Source of the DNA: Planctomycetota bacterium
Lineage (GTDB): Bacteria > Planctomycetota > B15-G4
DNA: 64,000 bases
Assembly (NCBI GenBank): GCA_965248575.1
Contig: CBDFJQ010000002.1
Location: 800,001-864,000 of the forward strand
Reading direction: 5' to 3'
In this document: positions 1 to 9,923 of the stretch, in pieces
Layout of the letters: every line of letters starts with the position of its first letter
Position numbering within the stretch: the first letter of the stretch is position 1
Notes under the pieces: generated by a model
The model's input: the letters and a program-made list of their open reading frames with translations, nothing else
What the model was told of the DNA's origin: nothing
Databases searched by the model: none
Made by a program: the position numbers and the translations under genes

Positions 1-1212
1 GATGTCGAGGTCTCTCCAAATCTGGATGCTCTCGCGGCGCGGGGTGTTCGCTTCGCCGAGGCTCGCTCCAACACCACGTGGACCTTGCCGTCGACGGTCT
101 CCCTGTTGACGGGTCTGTACCAAGAGAGCCACGCCGTCGCGACGGCTCGCGACGTCCTGCCGGACGACTTGCCGCTGCTCACGAATGAACTTCAAGCGGC
201 AGGCTTCGACGTCGCGTTCATCTCCCAGATGATCTTCGCGTCGGAACGCCATGGCTTTGACCGCGGGGTGGACCACTTCGTCTATCACGGCAAGAACCGC
301 GGAGCTCCGGAGTTTCACGCCGCAGTCAGGGATCGTTTGGGAGCCCTGCCCGAGGGCCCATCGTTTACGTATCTCCACTACCGGCGGCCTCATTCGCCGT
401 ACGACCCGGCCCCAGAGTTTCTCGCGCCCTTTGAGGTGGGGTGCTCTCTTGCTGATGGCTCCCGCGACGACGTCTTGCGTTTCATCGATGGCGCAGCAGA
501 TCCGCAGCTGGATGAGGCTGAGGTCGAGCACCTGCGGCACCTGTACCGCGCGAGCTTGAGGCAGGTCGATGCACGTCTCGAGCAGGACGTGCTGTCCGCC
601 CTGTCGCCGCGCTTGTCCGAGGACACCCTACTGGTGGTGACGTCTGACCACGGGGAAGGCCTGGGCGAGCATGGTGACTTCGGACATGGTCCGAGGCTCT
701 TCGGTGAGCACGTGCGGGTCCCGTTGCTGTGGATTGGCCCCATGCTGCGCCCCTCGGTGATCGAGACGCCGGTGTCCACCGTGGATGTCGCCCCAACGCT
801 TTATGAGCTGCTCGGGCTGGAATCACCAGGAGCGATGGACGGGGCTTCCTTGGCTGCGCAGATGATGGGAGGGCAGGCGCCAGCGACCCGGCGCGCACCC
901 GTCCGCTTGTCGGGGCGTTGGTATCCCGGGCAATGGCCCGAGGTCGGCGTCGTGGGGTCGGGTTGGACCCTGCTGCTGAGCGGTGAGCCCGGGCGCGAGA
1001 GCCTGCAGCTGTTTGACCGCACCCACGACCCGTGGGAATTGGAGCCCCGCGGCGTGGCTGACGTCCCTGGAGACGCTCTGAGAGAGGTGGAACAGATGGA
1101 GAAGCTCGCACGCTTCATCCGCTCTCAGCGACCACCCACGGCAGGACCAAAGACCGCACCACTGAGCCAGGAGCAAGAAGAGGAGCTGCGCCGACTTGGC
1201 TACTTGAGATGA
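1..1212 (+). CDS. Sulfatase-like hydrolase/transferase (alkaline phosphatase superfamily), 5' end outside the window
   Basis: Frame is open from base 1 (DVEVSPNLDALAARGVRFAEARSNTTWTLPSTVSLLTG). Contains PHSPY, VTSDHGEGLGEHG, VRVPL and VDVAPTL, and ends EELRRLGYL, all typical of sulfatase-like proteins. Confidence 0.85.
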   Translation, partial: DVEVSPNLDALAARGVRFAEARSNTTWTLPSTVSLLTGLYQESHAVATARDVLPDDLPLLTNELQAAGFDVAFISQMIFASERHGFDRGVDHFVYHGKNRGAPEFHAAVRDRLGALPEGPSFTYLHYRRPHSPYDPAPEFLAPFEVGCSLADGSRDDVLRFIDGAADPQLDEAEVEHLRHLYRASLRQVDARLEQDVLSALSPRLSEDTLLVVTSDHGEGLGEHGDFGHGPRLFGEHVRVPLLWIGPMLRPSVIETPVSTVDVAPTLYELLGLESPGAMDGASLAAQMMGGQAPATRRAPVRLSGRWYPGQWPEVGVVGSGWTLLLSGEPGRESLQLFDRTHDPWELEPRGVADVPGDALREVEQMEKLARFIRSQRPPTAGPKTAPLSQEQEEELRRLGYLR

Positions 1213-2036
1213 GCAGGTCTTGTCGCGACGCCCTCGACGCGGGCGAGTTGGAGATCGCGCAGCTGTTCCTCGACGTGCAAGTCCAATTGCTCGGCCAACG
1301 CCTCTGTCAGGCCATCCGGGTCGGCGGGATCCCAATGCAGATCCACCGTGCAGGGGGCGTCGAGGTCCATGTTCTCCGTCAACTCGACTCCGATCAGGAC
1401 GCGGAGTTGTGACAGCAGGACCGAAGTCCGCTGCCCTTGGATGGAGAGGGAGCCGTCGCTGCGCATCACCTGCCCGTCGCGATCGCCTCCCAGGTGCTGA
1501 CTCCAAGCGGGGCCGGCGCGCATCACCTTGACGGGCAGTTGCTCAGTGCTCAGGGCGACGCTCACACCATAGTGTTGCGTCAGCCCCTCGAGGATGCGGG
1601 CATGGGCGTCGTCCCAACCATCGAAGTCGTGCTCCAGAAAACCATGTTTGCGTGCAGCGTCGATGTCGAACCAGAAGCCGTCCAGGCTCTCATCCCCCAA
1701 GACCCGGCTCGATGGGAGGTCGACGCAGCGCGCGATGGCGTCGCGCAGGCTGATGCCGAACCAGGACATGCGCCCCGTGAAGAAGCCCGAATTCGAGCTG
1801 CTGCCGAGACGCCTCCCTTCGAGCGAGGGGAGTTGTTCCACTGTCAGACGAATCTCGCCGGTGTCCCGCCACACGAGCTGGCCGTCGTCGTAGCCCTGGC
1901 CAGCATCTGACTTCTCCATGGCCAGGTTGCCCAAGGAGCTGACGAGGCCTTCACTTCCACCGGTGCTCAGCGAGAGGCCGGCCACGATGGCCAGACCCAG
2001 CACGACAAGCAGAAACCAACCCATGGTTCGCAGCAT
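1200..2036 (-). CDS. Exported/membrane-anchored hypothetical protein, weakly resembling the TIGR03435/DUF3738 family
   Basis: 278-aa ORF with N-terminal hydrophobic segment. SLRDAIA...WFDIDA and LTEALAEQLDLHVE segments resemble that family (by eye). Confidence 0.5.
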   Translation of the reverse strand: MLRTMGWFLLVVLGLAIVAGLSLSTGGSEGLVSSLGNLAMEKSDAGQGYDDGQLVWRDTGEIRLTVEQLPSLEGRRLGSSSNSGFFTGRMSWFGISLRDAIARCVDLPSSRVLGDESLDGFWFDIDAARKHGFLEHDFDGWDDAHARILEGLTQHYGVSVALSTEQLPVKVMRAGPAWSQHLGGDRDGQVMRSDGSLSIQGQRTSVLLSQLRVLIGVELTENMDLDAPCTVDLHWDPADPDGLTEALAEQLDLHVEEQLRDLQLARVEGVATRPAHLK

Positions 2037-2423
2037 TCGACGGACTCCAGGAGGGGGTAGCGATCATCGGGTCGAGAGCCGCCTCTGCAAGCAGACTCAC
2101 GGGATATGGGCGCGAGCCAGCTCGCCCAGGGTGCACAGGGCACTGAGTGGGAGATCACGGCTGGGGTTTCTCACTCCAGGCCTTCCCGAGATAGAGTGAA
2201 GAGGACTTTCCAGCTTGTTCTCGTCGATGGCAGCCAGGGCACCGGACAGAAGACCCGTGCGTCTGGGGCCTCGGCATCCTCCGGATCCCTTCATGCGCGT
2301 CTCGACACCGCCTCGCAGCCGTGGGCTCAGCCCGAGAGCTCATTGGGTATCCGAATCGGCGCCGGGGTCGAGCTGGAGGCTCCTCCAGCGCTCTGGGGCG
2401 TGCCTCAAGCCGGGGCTGCTCTC

Positions 2424-3749
2424 ATGACGCCGAAGCTGAGCGGCTGGGGCCGCTATCCCGTCGTGGAGGGGGCCGAGCAGCTCTCTGAGGATCTCTCCAC
2501 GGCTTGTCGGGGGGCGGCGCTCTCGAGAGGGCTTGCCCGCTCCTACGGCGATGCGTCGCTGCCCGCGAGCCCGGACGCTGTGGTGGCGGGCACGCGCTTC
2601 GGAAACAGGGTGTTGTCCTTTGACCACGAAACGGGGCTCTTCCGCGCCGAGGCGGGCTTCACCTTGCGAGAACTGGATGCCATCAGTCGGCCGGCTGGCT
2701 GGGTGAGCCCGGTCTGCCCGGGCACGGCCCAGGTGACCCTGGGTGGCATGGTGGGCTCGGATGTGCACGGCAAGAATCACCATGTCCGGGGGACGTTCGG
2801 TGAACACGTGGTGTCGCTGCGCATGCTGGTGGCCGACGGTCGCTGCCTCGACATCAGCCGCGACGCGGAAGCGGAGCTGTTCACTGCGACCCTGGGAGGG
2901 ATGGGCCTGACTGGCCACATCCTCGAGGTGGAGGTCCAACTGGCTGCCGTGAGCGCACCCTGGATCCACATGGAGGAGGAGATCGCAACGGATCTCCGAG
3001 ACCTGGTGACACGCTTGCGCCGCGCGTCCCGGGAATGGCCCTACACCATGGCCTGGGTGGACTCCCTCACGCGCGGGCGCGCGATGGGGCGAGGAGTTGT
3101 CATGAAGGGGCGCTGGGCCGAACCGGGGGAGGCGCCGCCCGAGCCGCCTGCCAGTCTGCCGCGCATCACCCTTCCCTTCGATTTCCCCAGCTTCGTGCTT
3201 GGAAATATCAGCGTCGCCGCCTTCAACATGGCCTTTTACGGCATGCACAAGCTACGCCCGCGGAATGGGATCGTGCACCCGGACAGCTTCTTCTATCCCT
3301 TGGATTCCCTGCTGCAGTGGAATCGCATGTATGGCCGCAAGGGCTTCATCCAGCACCAGTGTGTCCTGCCTGTGGACGAAGGAGAGGCCTCGATCCACCG
3401 GTTCTTCGACACGCTGACGTCCTTTGGGGATGCATCCTTCCTGACGGTGCTCAAGGACTGCGGTCCAGCGGGCACGGGCATGATCAGTTTTCCCCGACCG
3501 GGGCTTTCCGTCGCGCTGGACATTCCCATGCGCGGTGAACGGACGCAGGAGCTGGTGGATGCGCTCAACAGGCACGTCCTGGATGCAGGAGGTCGCGTGT
3601 ATTTGGCAAAGGACGCCTTGACCCGACCGGCTGACTTCCGTGCGATGGAACCCCGGCTCGATGCCTGGAACTCAGTTCGCAGGAAATGGGACCCCGAGGG
3701 GCTGCTGAAGAGCGCCCTGTCCGTGCGATTGCTAGGAGATGAGGCATGA
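2424..3749 (+). CDS. FAD-binding oxidoreductase, DprE1-like (decaprenylphosphoryl-ribose oxidase family)
   Basis: Likely ATG start at 2424 (MTPKLSGWGRYP). Motifs RGLARSYGDASL, PGTAQVTLGGMVGSDVHGKNHH, GGMGLTG and GGRVYLAKD. Confidence 0.85.
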   Translation: MTPKLSGWGRYPVVEGAEQLSEDLSTACRGAALSRGLARSYGDASLPASPDAVVAGTRFGNRVLSFDHETGLFRAEAGFTLRELDAISRPAGWVSPVCPGTAQVTLGGMVGSDVHGKNHHVRGTFGEHVVSLRMLVADGRCLDISRDAEAELFTATLGGMGLTGHILEVEVQLAAVSAPWIHMEEEIATDLRDLVTRLRRASREWPYTMAWVDSLTRGRAMGRGVVMKGRWAEPGEAPPEPPASLPRITLPFDFPSFVLGNISVAAFNMAFYGMHKLRPRNGIVHPDSFFYPLDSLLQWNRMYGRKGFIQHQCVLPVDEGEASIHRFFDTLTSFGDASFLTVLKDCGPAGTGMISFPRPGLSVALDIPMRGERTQELVDALNRHVLDAGGRVYLAKDALTRPADFRAMEPRLDAWNSVRRKWDPEGLLKSALSVRLLGDEA

Positions 3750-4483
3750 AGGCTGTCGTCCTGGGAGCCACCAAGGGCATGGGGCGCAGCATGGCCCAGG
3801 CCATGGCTGCGCGCGGTGACTCGCTCTGCTTGCTAGGGCGTGATCCGGAGACCTTGGCGACCAGCGCCAAGGACCTCGAGTTGCGCGGAGCCGAAGGGGC
3901 CGTCGCTTGCGTGCCTTGCGATCTCGCCGAGCGGGAGGGCTTCGAAGCGGCGCTCGATGCCGCGGACGAGGCCCTGGGGCAGTTCGACACCGTGGTCATC
4001 ACGGCGGGCCTGTTTGATCAGCAGGAAGCCCTGGAGGAAGATGTCGAGAAGACCGCCAGCCTGCTGCAGGTGAACTTCACCAACACCGTCATGCTCTGCG
4101 AGGCGATCCGCAAGCGGCTGCTTCAGCGAGGGGGCGGCACCCTGTGCGTGTTCTCTTCGGTCGCTGGCGACCGCGCACGCAAACCGGTTGTCCTCTACGG
4201 AGCGAGCAAGGCGGGGCTCACGTACTACCTGCAGGGGTTGGATCACAAGTTCCACGGAGAGGGCTTGCAGGTCGTGCTGGTGAAGCCGGGATTCGTCAAG
4301 ACGACCATGACCGCCGGACTGGATCCGCCGCCCTTTGCGGGCGAGCCGGATGGCGTGGCCAAGACCGTGCTTGCAGCCATGGACCGCGGCCAGGTGGTGG
4401 TCTACGCCCCGGGCATGTGGCTTTTGGTGATGACCGTGATTCGTTTTCTGCCACGCTTTGTCATGCGACGGATCGGATTCTGA
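3746..4483 (+). CDS. Short-chain dehydrogenase, DprE2-like
   Basis: GATKGMG Rossmann motif, SSVAGDR, catalytic YGASK, VKPGFVKT. ATGA overlap with the upstream gene. Confidence 0.85.
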   Translation: MKAVVLGATKGMGRSMAQAMAARGDSLCLLGRDPETLATSAKDLELRGAEGAVACVPCDLAEREGFEAALDAADEALGQFDTVVITAGLFDQQEALEEDVEKTASLLQVNFTNTVMLCEAIRKRLLQRGGGTLCVFSSVAGDRARKPVVLYGASKAGLTYYLQGLDHKFHGEGLQVVLVKPGFVKTTMTAGLDPPPFAGEPDGVAKTVLAAMDRGQVVVYAPGMWLLVMTVIRFLPRFVMRRIGF

Positions 4484-4485
4484 TC

Positions 4486-5346
4486 ATGGACGTTGCGGCC
4501 TACTTCAAGCTCGCGCGCCCACGGCACTGGGTGAAGAACGTGTTCATCCTCATGCCGCTGCCTCACTCCCTGGCGAGCACGGGGACCTTTGACCCGACGG
4601 TCTTGCTGCTTGGCATTGCCGGCTTTTGCCTGGCCAACTCCGGCATCTATGCCCTGAACGATGCCCATGATGCTGAGCAGGACAGGCTGCACGAGGACAA
4701 GAAGTCCCGGCCCATTGCGGCCGGGCGCATCTCGGAGGCAGGTGGCCGCGTCTTCGGCGTCTTGCTGCTGCTGGGTGCGCTGGCGGTCGCCTGGAGTACG
4801 GGGCGGCAGGGTGCGCTGTGGATCACGGTTGCCTACATCCTGATCAACATCGTCTACTCGTTCTGGGCGCGCGCCGTGGCCCTGCTCGATGTCTTCCTCT
4901 TGTCATCGGGCTTCGTTCTGCGCGTGTTGCTCGGGTGTGTTCTCGTACAGGTGGAACCGTCCAACTGGCTGCTGCTCTGCACGTCGACCTTGGCCTTGTT
5001 CCTGGGCCTCGCAAAACGTCGCGGGGACGTTGTCGCCGGAGTCGATGACACCCACCGGCCGAGCCTCGCAGGCTACAACCTGTCGTTCCTCGATCAGGCG
5101 ATCGGGGTGACGAGTGGCATGGCCATCGTGGCCTACGCGCTCTACTGCATGGAGTCCGCAGTCCTGATCGAGGGACGCGAATTCGCGACCTTGCCGTTTG
5201 TGGTCTTCGGCGTCTTCGAGTACCTGCGCGTCGTGCACGTGAAGTCCCAGGGCGGCTCGCCCGTGGACATCATCCTCAAGAACGTCGTGCTGCAGATCTG
5301 CGGTGTGGGTTGGGTGGTGGCGACCTACTGGAGCCTGAGCGGCTAG
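4486..5346 (+). CDS. UbiA-family polyprenyl-phosphate phosphoribosyltransferase
   Basis: ATG at 4486. RPRHWVKN, YALNDAHDAEQDRLHEDKKSRPIAAG, GFVLRV and LGLAKRR, with multiple TM helices. Confidence 0.85.
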   Translation: MDVAAYFKLARPRHWVKNVFILMPLPHSLASTGTFDPTVLLLGIAGFCLANSGIYALNDAHDAEQDRLHEDKKSRPIAAGRISEAGGRVFGVLLLLGALAVAWSTGRQGALWITVAYILINIVYSFWARAVALLDVFLLSSGFVLRVLLGCVLVQVEPSNWLLLCTSTLALFLGLAKRRGDVVAGVDDTHRPSLAGYNLSFLDQAIGVTSGMAIVAYALYCMESAVLIEGREFATLPFVVFGVFEYLRVVHVKSQGGSPVDIILKNVVLQICGVGWVVATYWSLSG

Positions 5347-6713
5347 CTCTTGAGGCCGCGCACAGCCCAGGACTGCCGGTAGGTCTTGTGCACCAGGGCG
5401 CTGGCGTCAGGACGCCCTGCGAACTGGAGCATGCGTGAGTTCCACTGCAGGGTCTCGTCTGGGAACTCCAGGGCGATGTTGCCGAGCAAGGCGATCTCTG
5501 TCAGCGGGCCCGCGTAGCTGAACGGCGTGCGGGGTTCCTCTCGGCCGAAGCAGGCTTCCACGAACTGCTGCCAGTGGTTGATCTCGTCCAGCTCTGGCAG
5601 GTGCAGCTCCCGTTCACCGCTGGGCAGGAACAGGCGGCAGTCCTCGTAGGGGCTCGCGAGCAGGGCTCCTTTGCTGCCGACGAAGAAGGCTGCGTTGGCG
5701 TACACCTCTCCGGTGTTCCACGACTCGAGCAGCGCGTCGGGCTTGCGTCCGCCGTCGTGCCAGACGACATGCACGCCTTCGTCGGCGCAGGAATCGTTGG
5801 CCGCCTCGAAGTCATAATGGACCTCGGACCAGAGCGGGAAGCTCTCTCCGTTGGGCGCTGGACCCGCCGAGCGGACGCTGGCGGGTGCGCGCACTCCCAG
5901 GAACCACGGCACGGGATCCATCAAGTGGCACGCCATGTCGCCCTGGGCGCCCGTGCCGAAGTCCTTGCGACCGCGCCACTGGAAGGCGTGGTACTGGCCC
6001 TCCTTGTACGGCCGCTCTGGCGCGACACCCAGCCAACCGTCCCAGTCGAGGGTCTCCGGAACCGGGTCGCTGCCTTCGCTGCGCTCGACGTCTTGTGGCC
6101 ACCAGCCGGCAGGGCGGTCGGTCCAGACGTGGACCTCGTGGATCGGGCCCGTGGCGCGGTCGTCGAAAACGCGCCGAGCACGGCGGAAATTCACGAGGCT
6201 GTGGTTCTGGATCCCCATCTGGGTGACGGCGCCCATGCGGTCCGCCGCTTCCACCAGACGCCTCGCCTCGAGCACCGTGTGTGTCAGGGGCTTCTGGCAG
6301 TAGACGTGCAGGCCCGCCAGGATGGCCGTCATGGCGATGGGGGCGTGCATGTGGTCCGGCGTGGAGACGTTGACGGAATCCAACCGCCCGGCTTCAGCAG
6401 CGAGCAACTCGCGCCAGTCGCTGTAGGTGCGGGCGTCGGGGTGCAGCTCCGCAGCGCGCGCCAGCTTCGTGGCATCCACGTCACACAAGGCGATGATGCT
6501 CACGTCGGGATGCCCGCCGATGTTCTTCATGTCCCACTCGCCCATGCCACCGACGCCGATGCAAGCATGGCGCAGGGTGGCGCCCTGAACGATGCGACGC
6601 CTGGTGGCGCAGCCGGTCAGGCTCAGGGGCACGATGGCGGCGGCTGCGCCGAGTGCAGCGGCCCGCTTGAGGAGGTCGCGCCGATCAAGGGGGGACGGTC
6701 CGGAGAGTGGCAT
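5343..6713 (-). CDS. Gfo/Idh/MocA family oxidoreductase with Tat (lipoprotein) signal
   Basis: DRRDLLK Tat motif and LTGC lipobox. IGVGGMG, STPDHMHA, HVYCQKPLTH, GDMACHLMD. Confidence 0.9.
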   Translation of the reverse strand: MPLSGPSPLDRRDLLKRAAALGAAAAIVPLSLTGCATRRRIVQGATLRHACIGVGGMGEWDMKNIGGHPDVSIIALCDVDATKLARAAELHPDARTYSDWRELLAAEAGRLDSVNVSTPDHMHAPIAMTAILAGLHVYCQKPLTHTVLEARRLVEAADRMGAVTQMGIQNHSLVNFRRARRVFDDRATGPIHEVHVWTDRPAGWWPQDVERSEGSDPVPETLDWDGWLGVAPERPYKEGQYHAFQWRGRKDFGTGAQGDMACHLMDPVPWFLGVRAPASVRSAGPAPNGESFPLWSEVHYDFEAANDSCADEGVHVVWHDGGRKPDALLESWNTGEVYANAAFFVGSKGALLASPYEDCRLFLPSGERELHLPELDEINHWQQFVEACFGREEPRTPFSYAGPLTEIALLGNIALEFPDETLQWNSRMLQFAGRPDASALVHKTYRQSWAVRGLKS

Positions 6714-6981
6714 GCTCAAGCTCGATGAGAGGGTGGTGGCGGTCTGCGGCCCAGAAAGTGCCCGCCTAGGGTCGATTGGGGCCGAAACACGGTATCAGGC
6801 TTCCGCTGGCCTGCTCCAATTGAGCTGGGTTCTCATGGGCATGCCTCGCTCCGCAGCTTTCCAGGTGCGCAGCTGCGCTTGAAGCAGCCTCAAGGATGTC
6901 GTGGACGGACTTCGATAGGAAGCGGGATGCCCTCGCCTCTCATGGCAGGGGCCCGCGACTCGTTCTCTTCATGGAGTTGGC

Positions 6982-8058
6982 ATGGCTTCAATCGACGCGA
7001 TCTTCCCCTTGGTTGTCGAGCGCGGTGCGAGCGATCTGCACATCTCCCCGGGCCGCCCTCCCTTGATTCGCGTTGCTGAAGGTCTGATGCCCCTGGAGGG
7101 GGACCCCATGGACGCCGACATGACGCGGCGCTTCCTGGGCGAGATGATGACGCCATCCCAGCTGGCCTACTTCGAAGAGAACAAGGAGATCGACTTCGCC
7201 TACGAAATTCCGGGCGTCGTGCGCTTGCGTTGCAACATCTTCGAGCAGCTGCAGGGAGTCGCGGGCGTCTTCCGCCTGGTGCCCTCCGAGATTCCGAATC
7301 CCGAAGCGCTGGGTCTGCCCCGGGAGATCATGCAGTTCTGTGAGCTTCCGCGCGGTCTGGTGGTCGTGACGGGGGCGACCGGCTCCGGCAAGTCCACTAC
7401 CTTGGCGGCCATGATCGATGCCATCAACTCGTCCAGGAACCGGCACATCCTGACCGTCGAAGATCCGGTTGAGTTCGTGCACCCCAACAAGAAGAGCCTC
7501 GTGAATCAGCGCGAAGTGGGCTCGCACACCTTGTCCTTCTCAGCGGCCCTGCGGTCGGCCTTGCGCGAGGATCCGGACATCATCCTCGTTGGCGAGATGC
7601 GTGACCTCGAGACCATCCGCCTGGCAATCTCTGCTGCCGAGACGGGACACCTCGTGTTCGGCACGCTGCATACGAACAGCGCTGCAGGAACAGTGGACCG
7701 GATCATCGACGCCTTCTCGGCGGATGAGCAGTCCCAGATTCGCGTCATGCTGGCCGAGAGCCTCAAGGGCGTGGTGGCACAGCGCCTGTTGCCTGCTGCG
7801 GGTGGAGGGGGTCGGGTGGCGGCCTTCGAGGTCTTGGTGAACACCTCGGCCATGAGCAACCTGATCCGCGAGAGTCGCTCCCATCAGATCGAAGGAATGA
7901 TGCAGACCGGACGCAAGGACGGGATGATCACCCTCGACCAGTCACTGCGGGAGCTCGTGGATGCCGGACAGCTCGAGATTGCGGAGGCCGCGCGGCATGC
8001 GGGCAACCCGGCGGCTTTCGGCATGGATGTCTGGGACTCGCAGCCCAGCTTGGCCTGA
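6982..8058 (+). CDS. pilT: Type IV pilus retraction ATPase PilT
   Basis: ASDLHISPG, Walker A GATGSGKST, TVEDPVEF, QREVG, ALREDPDIILVGEMRDLET, AETGHLVFGTLHT, NLIRE. Confidence 0.93.
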   Translation: MASIDAIFPLVVERGASDLHISPGRPPLIRVAEGLMPLEGDPMDADMTRRFLGEMMTPSQLAYFEENKEIDFAYEIPGVVRLRCNIFEQLQGVAGVFRLVPSEIPNPEALGLPREIMQFCELPRGLVVVTGATGSGKSTTLAAMIDAINSSRNRHILTVEDPVEFVHPNKKSLVNQREVGSHTLSFSAALRSALREDPDIILVGEMRDLETIRLAISAAETGHLVFGTLHTNSAAGTVDRIIDAFSADEQSQIRVMLAESLKGVVAQRLLPAAGGGGRVAAFEVLVNTSAMSNLIRESRSHQIEGMMQTGRKDGMITLDQSLRELVDAGQLEIAEAARHAGNPAAFGMDVWDSQPSLA

Positions 8059-8159
8059 ACCTTGGCCTGAACAGGGGCCCGTCCAGGGACCGCTCCCGTT
8101 TTGCAGATCGACAGTTGCTTGCTTGGTAGCGCTTCGCGGCACCGATACACTCGTGGCCC

Positions 8160-9923
8160 ATGCCGCTGCCCACCAATCAGGACCTCGTCGAGCGCTGGAT
8201 CCATCAGCCCGCACCGCTGCTCCCGCTCCTGCACGCCTTCCATGATCGGGACGGCTGGCTGAGCGAGGATGCCCTGCGAGCCGTCGCAGGTGGCCTCAGG
8301 ATCCCCCTGGCGGAGCTCTACGGCACCGTCACCTTCTATCACCACTTTTCGCGCACAGAGGGCGGGAAGGCAGCCCCCCGGGTGTGCACGGGGCAGGTCT
8401 GCCGGTTCCAAGGGGGGCCAGAGCTGCTTCAGGCTCTCACGGCCGAGGGTGCGACCGCGATGCCGTGTGCCGGCCGTTGCGACGAGCCGGTGCCTGTGTT
8501 GCGCGCTGGCCAGGTGAGTGTAGGACGGACCCTCTCCGAGCTGGACGGGCGTCGCTCACCCTTGCCAGCGCCCAACCCGGGTGGGCTTGAGGAGTGCGTC
8601 TTTCGCGGAATCCGCGAGCCGGGCCGTGCAGGCCTTGAGGGCTACCGCCGCAGCGGGGGTTATGAGGGGCTGGTCAAGGCGCTGCAGCAGCCGCCAGAGC
8701 GCTTGGTGGAGGAGATCAGCGCCAGTGGCCTGGCTGGGCGCGGTGGTGCGGGCTTTCCCACGGGCGTGAAGTGGAAAGCGGTGCGCGACGCGTCCGTCTC
8801 GCCGGATGCGAGCACTACGCGCATGGCGGGCGGCGGCTCACAGCCTGCATCGGGCATCCCGTCGAGTGGCTCCAGCCCTTGGAAGAGCGTGGTCTGCAAC
8901 GCCGACGAAGGTGAGCCAGGCTGCTTCAAGGATCGCGTGCTCATGGACCACGACCCCCACGCCGTCCTGGAAGGCATGGCGTTGGCCGGATATTCAGCCG
9001 GGGCGGAGTTGGGCTTCATCTATCTGCGCTACGAGTACCCCGACACTCAGCAGGTCCTCGAAGACGCCATCGCCGAAGCCGAAGCCGCAGGGCTGCTCGG
9101 GGACGATATCCAGGGCGCGGGCTTTTCGTTCCATGTGCACGTCAGGCGCGGCGCGGGGGCCTACATCTGCGGCGAGGAGGGCTCGTTGCTCAACAGCCTT
9201 GAAGGCAAGCACCCCTTCCCTCGAGAGCGCCCACCCTTCCCGGTGACCCATGGCTTCGAAGGGCGTCCGACGGTGGTCAACAATGTGGAGACCCTGGCGT
9301 CCGCCGCGCAGATCGCGCGCAAGGGTGCCGACTGGTACCAGGGCCTCGGTCTGGAAGAGCTCGCGGGCACGAAGGTGATCAGCCTGTCTGGGGACATTGC
9401 GCGGCCGGGAAACTACGAGGTGCCCTTCGGCATGTCTCTGCAGACGCTGCTCCATGACTGGGCAGGCGGACCGCTCGCTGGCCGGACGATCCAAGCGGTG
9501 AGCATGGCCGGAATCTCCGGTGGCTTCCTGGCGCTTGGGGACCTGGACGTGAATCTGGATGAGCCCAGTGTCCGCGCCAAGGGCTCCATGCTTGGAGCTG
9601 GAGGGATCATGGTCTTCGACGACAGCCGCGACATGCTTGAGGTGGCTCACTCCTGCATGGAGTTCTTCGCGCACGAGTCCTGTGGCAAGTGCTTCCCCTG
9701 CCGGATCGGGACACAGCGCCTGACCGAGCGACTGGCCGGGGTGGCGGGCCCCAGCGGGCACGACGCCCTGCCGCTCTGGAGCGAAGAAGTGAAGGACATC
9801 AGCAATGTGATGATGTCGACCAGCGCTTGTGGGCTGGGCATGGCGGCTCCACTCATCGTTGAGAGCCTGATGCGCTACTTCCCTGAACGCGTTGCAGACC
9901 ACGTGGAGACCCTGACCTCATGA
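8160..9923 (+). CDS. NAD(H)-binding diaphorase subunit of formate dehydrogenase (NuoE-NuoF-like fusion)
   Basis: N-terminal NuoE-like part (LLPLLH, YGTVTFYHHF, CxxxxC...CxxxC). NuoF-like part: GRGGAGFPTG, CNADEGEPG, GAGAYICGEE, ESCGKCFPCRIG, SACGLG. Confidence 0.9.
   Translation: MPLPTNQDLVERWIHQPAPLLPLLHAFHDRDGWLSEDALRAVAGGLRIPLAELYGTVTFYHHFSRTEGGKAAPRVCTGQVCRFQGGPELLQALTAEGATAMPCAGRCDEPVPVLRAGQVSVGRTLSELDGRRSPLPAPNPGGLEECVFRGIREPGRAGLEGYRRSGGYEGLVKALQQPPERLVEEISASGLAGRGGAGFPTGVKWKAVRDASVSPDASTTRMAGGGSQPASGIPSSGSSPWKSVVCNADEGEPGCFKDRVLMDHDPHAVLEGMALAGYSAGAELGFIYLRYEYPDTQQVLEDAIAEAEAAGLLGDDIQGAGFSFHVHVRRGAGAYICGEEGSLLNSLEGKHPFPRERPPFPVTHGFEGRPTVVNNVETLASAAQIARKGADWYQGLGLEELAGTKVISLSGDIARPGNYEVPFGMSLQTLLHDWAGGPLAGRTIQAVSMAGISGGFLALGDLDVNLDEPSVRAKGSMLGAGGIMVFDDSRDMLEVAHSCMEFFAHESCGKCFPCRIGTQRLTERLAGVAGPSGHDALPLWSEEVKDISNVMMSTSACGLGMAAPLIVESLMRYFPERVADHVETLTS

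Noticed and set aside
2106..2423. 106-aa N-terminal extension on the DprE1-like ORF (similar extensions on ORFs 4144, 21216, 59686, 36030..37124, 31528..32016)
   Set aside because: Artefacts of choosing the most upstream start; family similarity begins at downstream starts, often coupled to a neighbouring stop.
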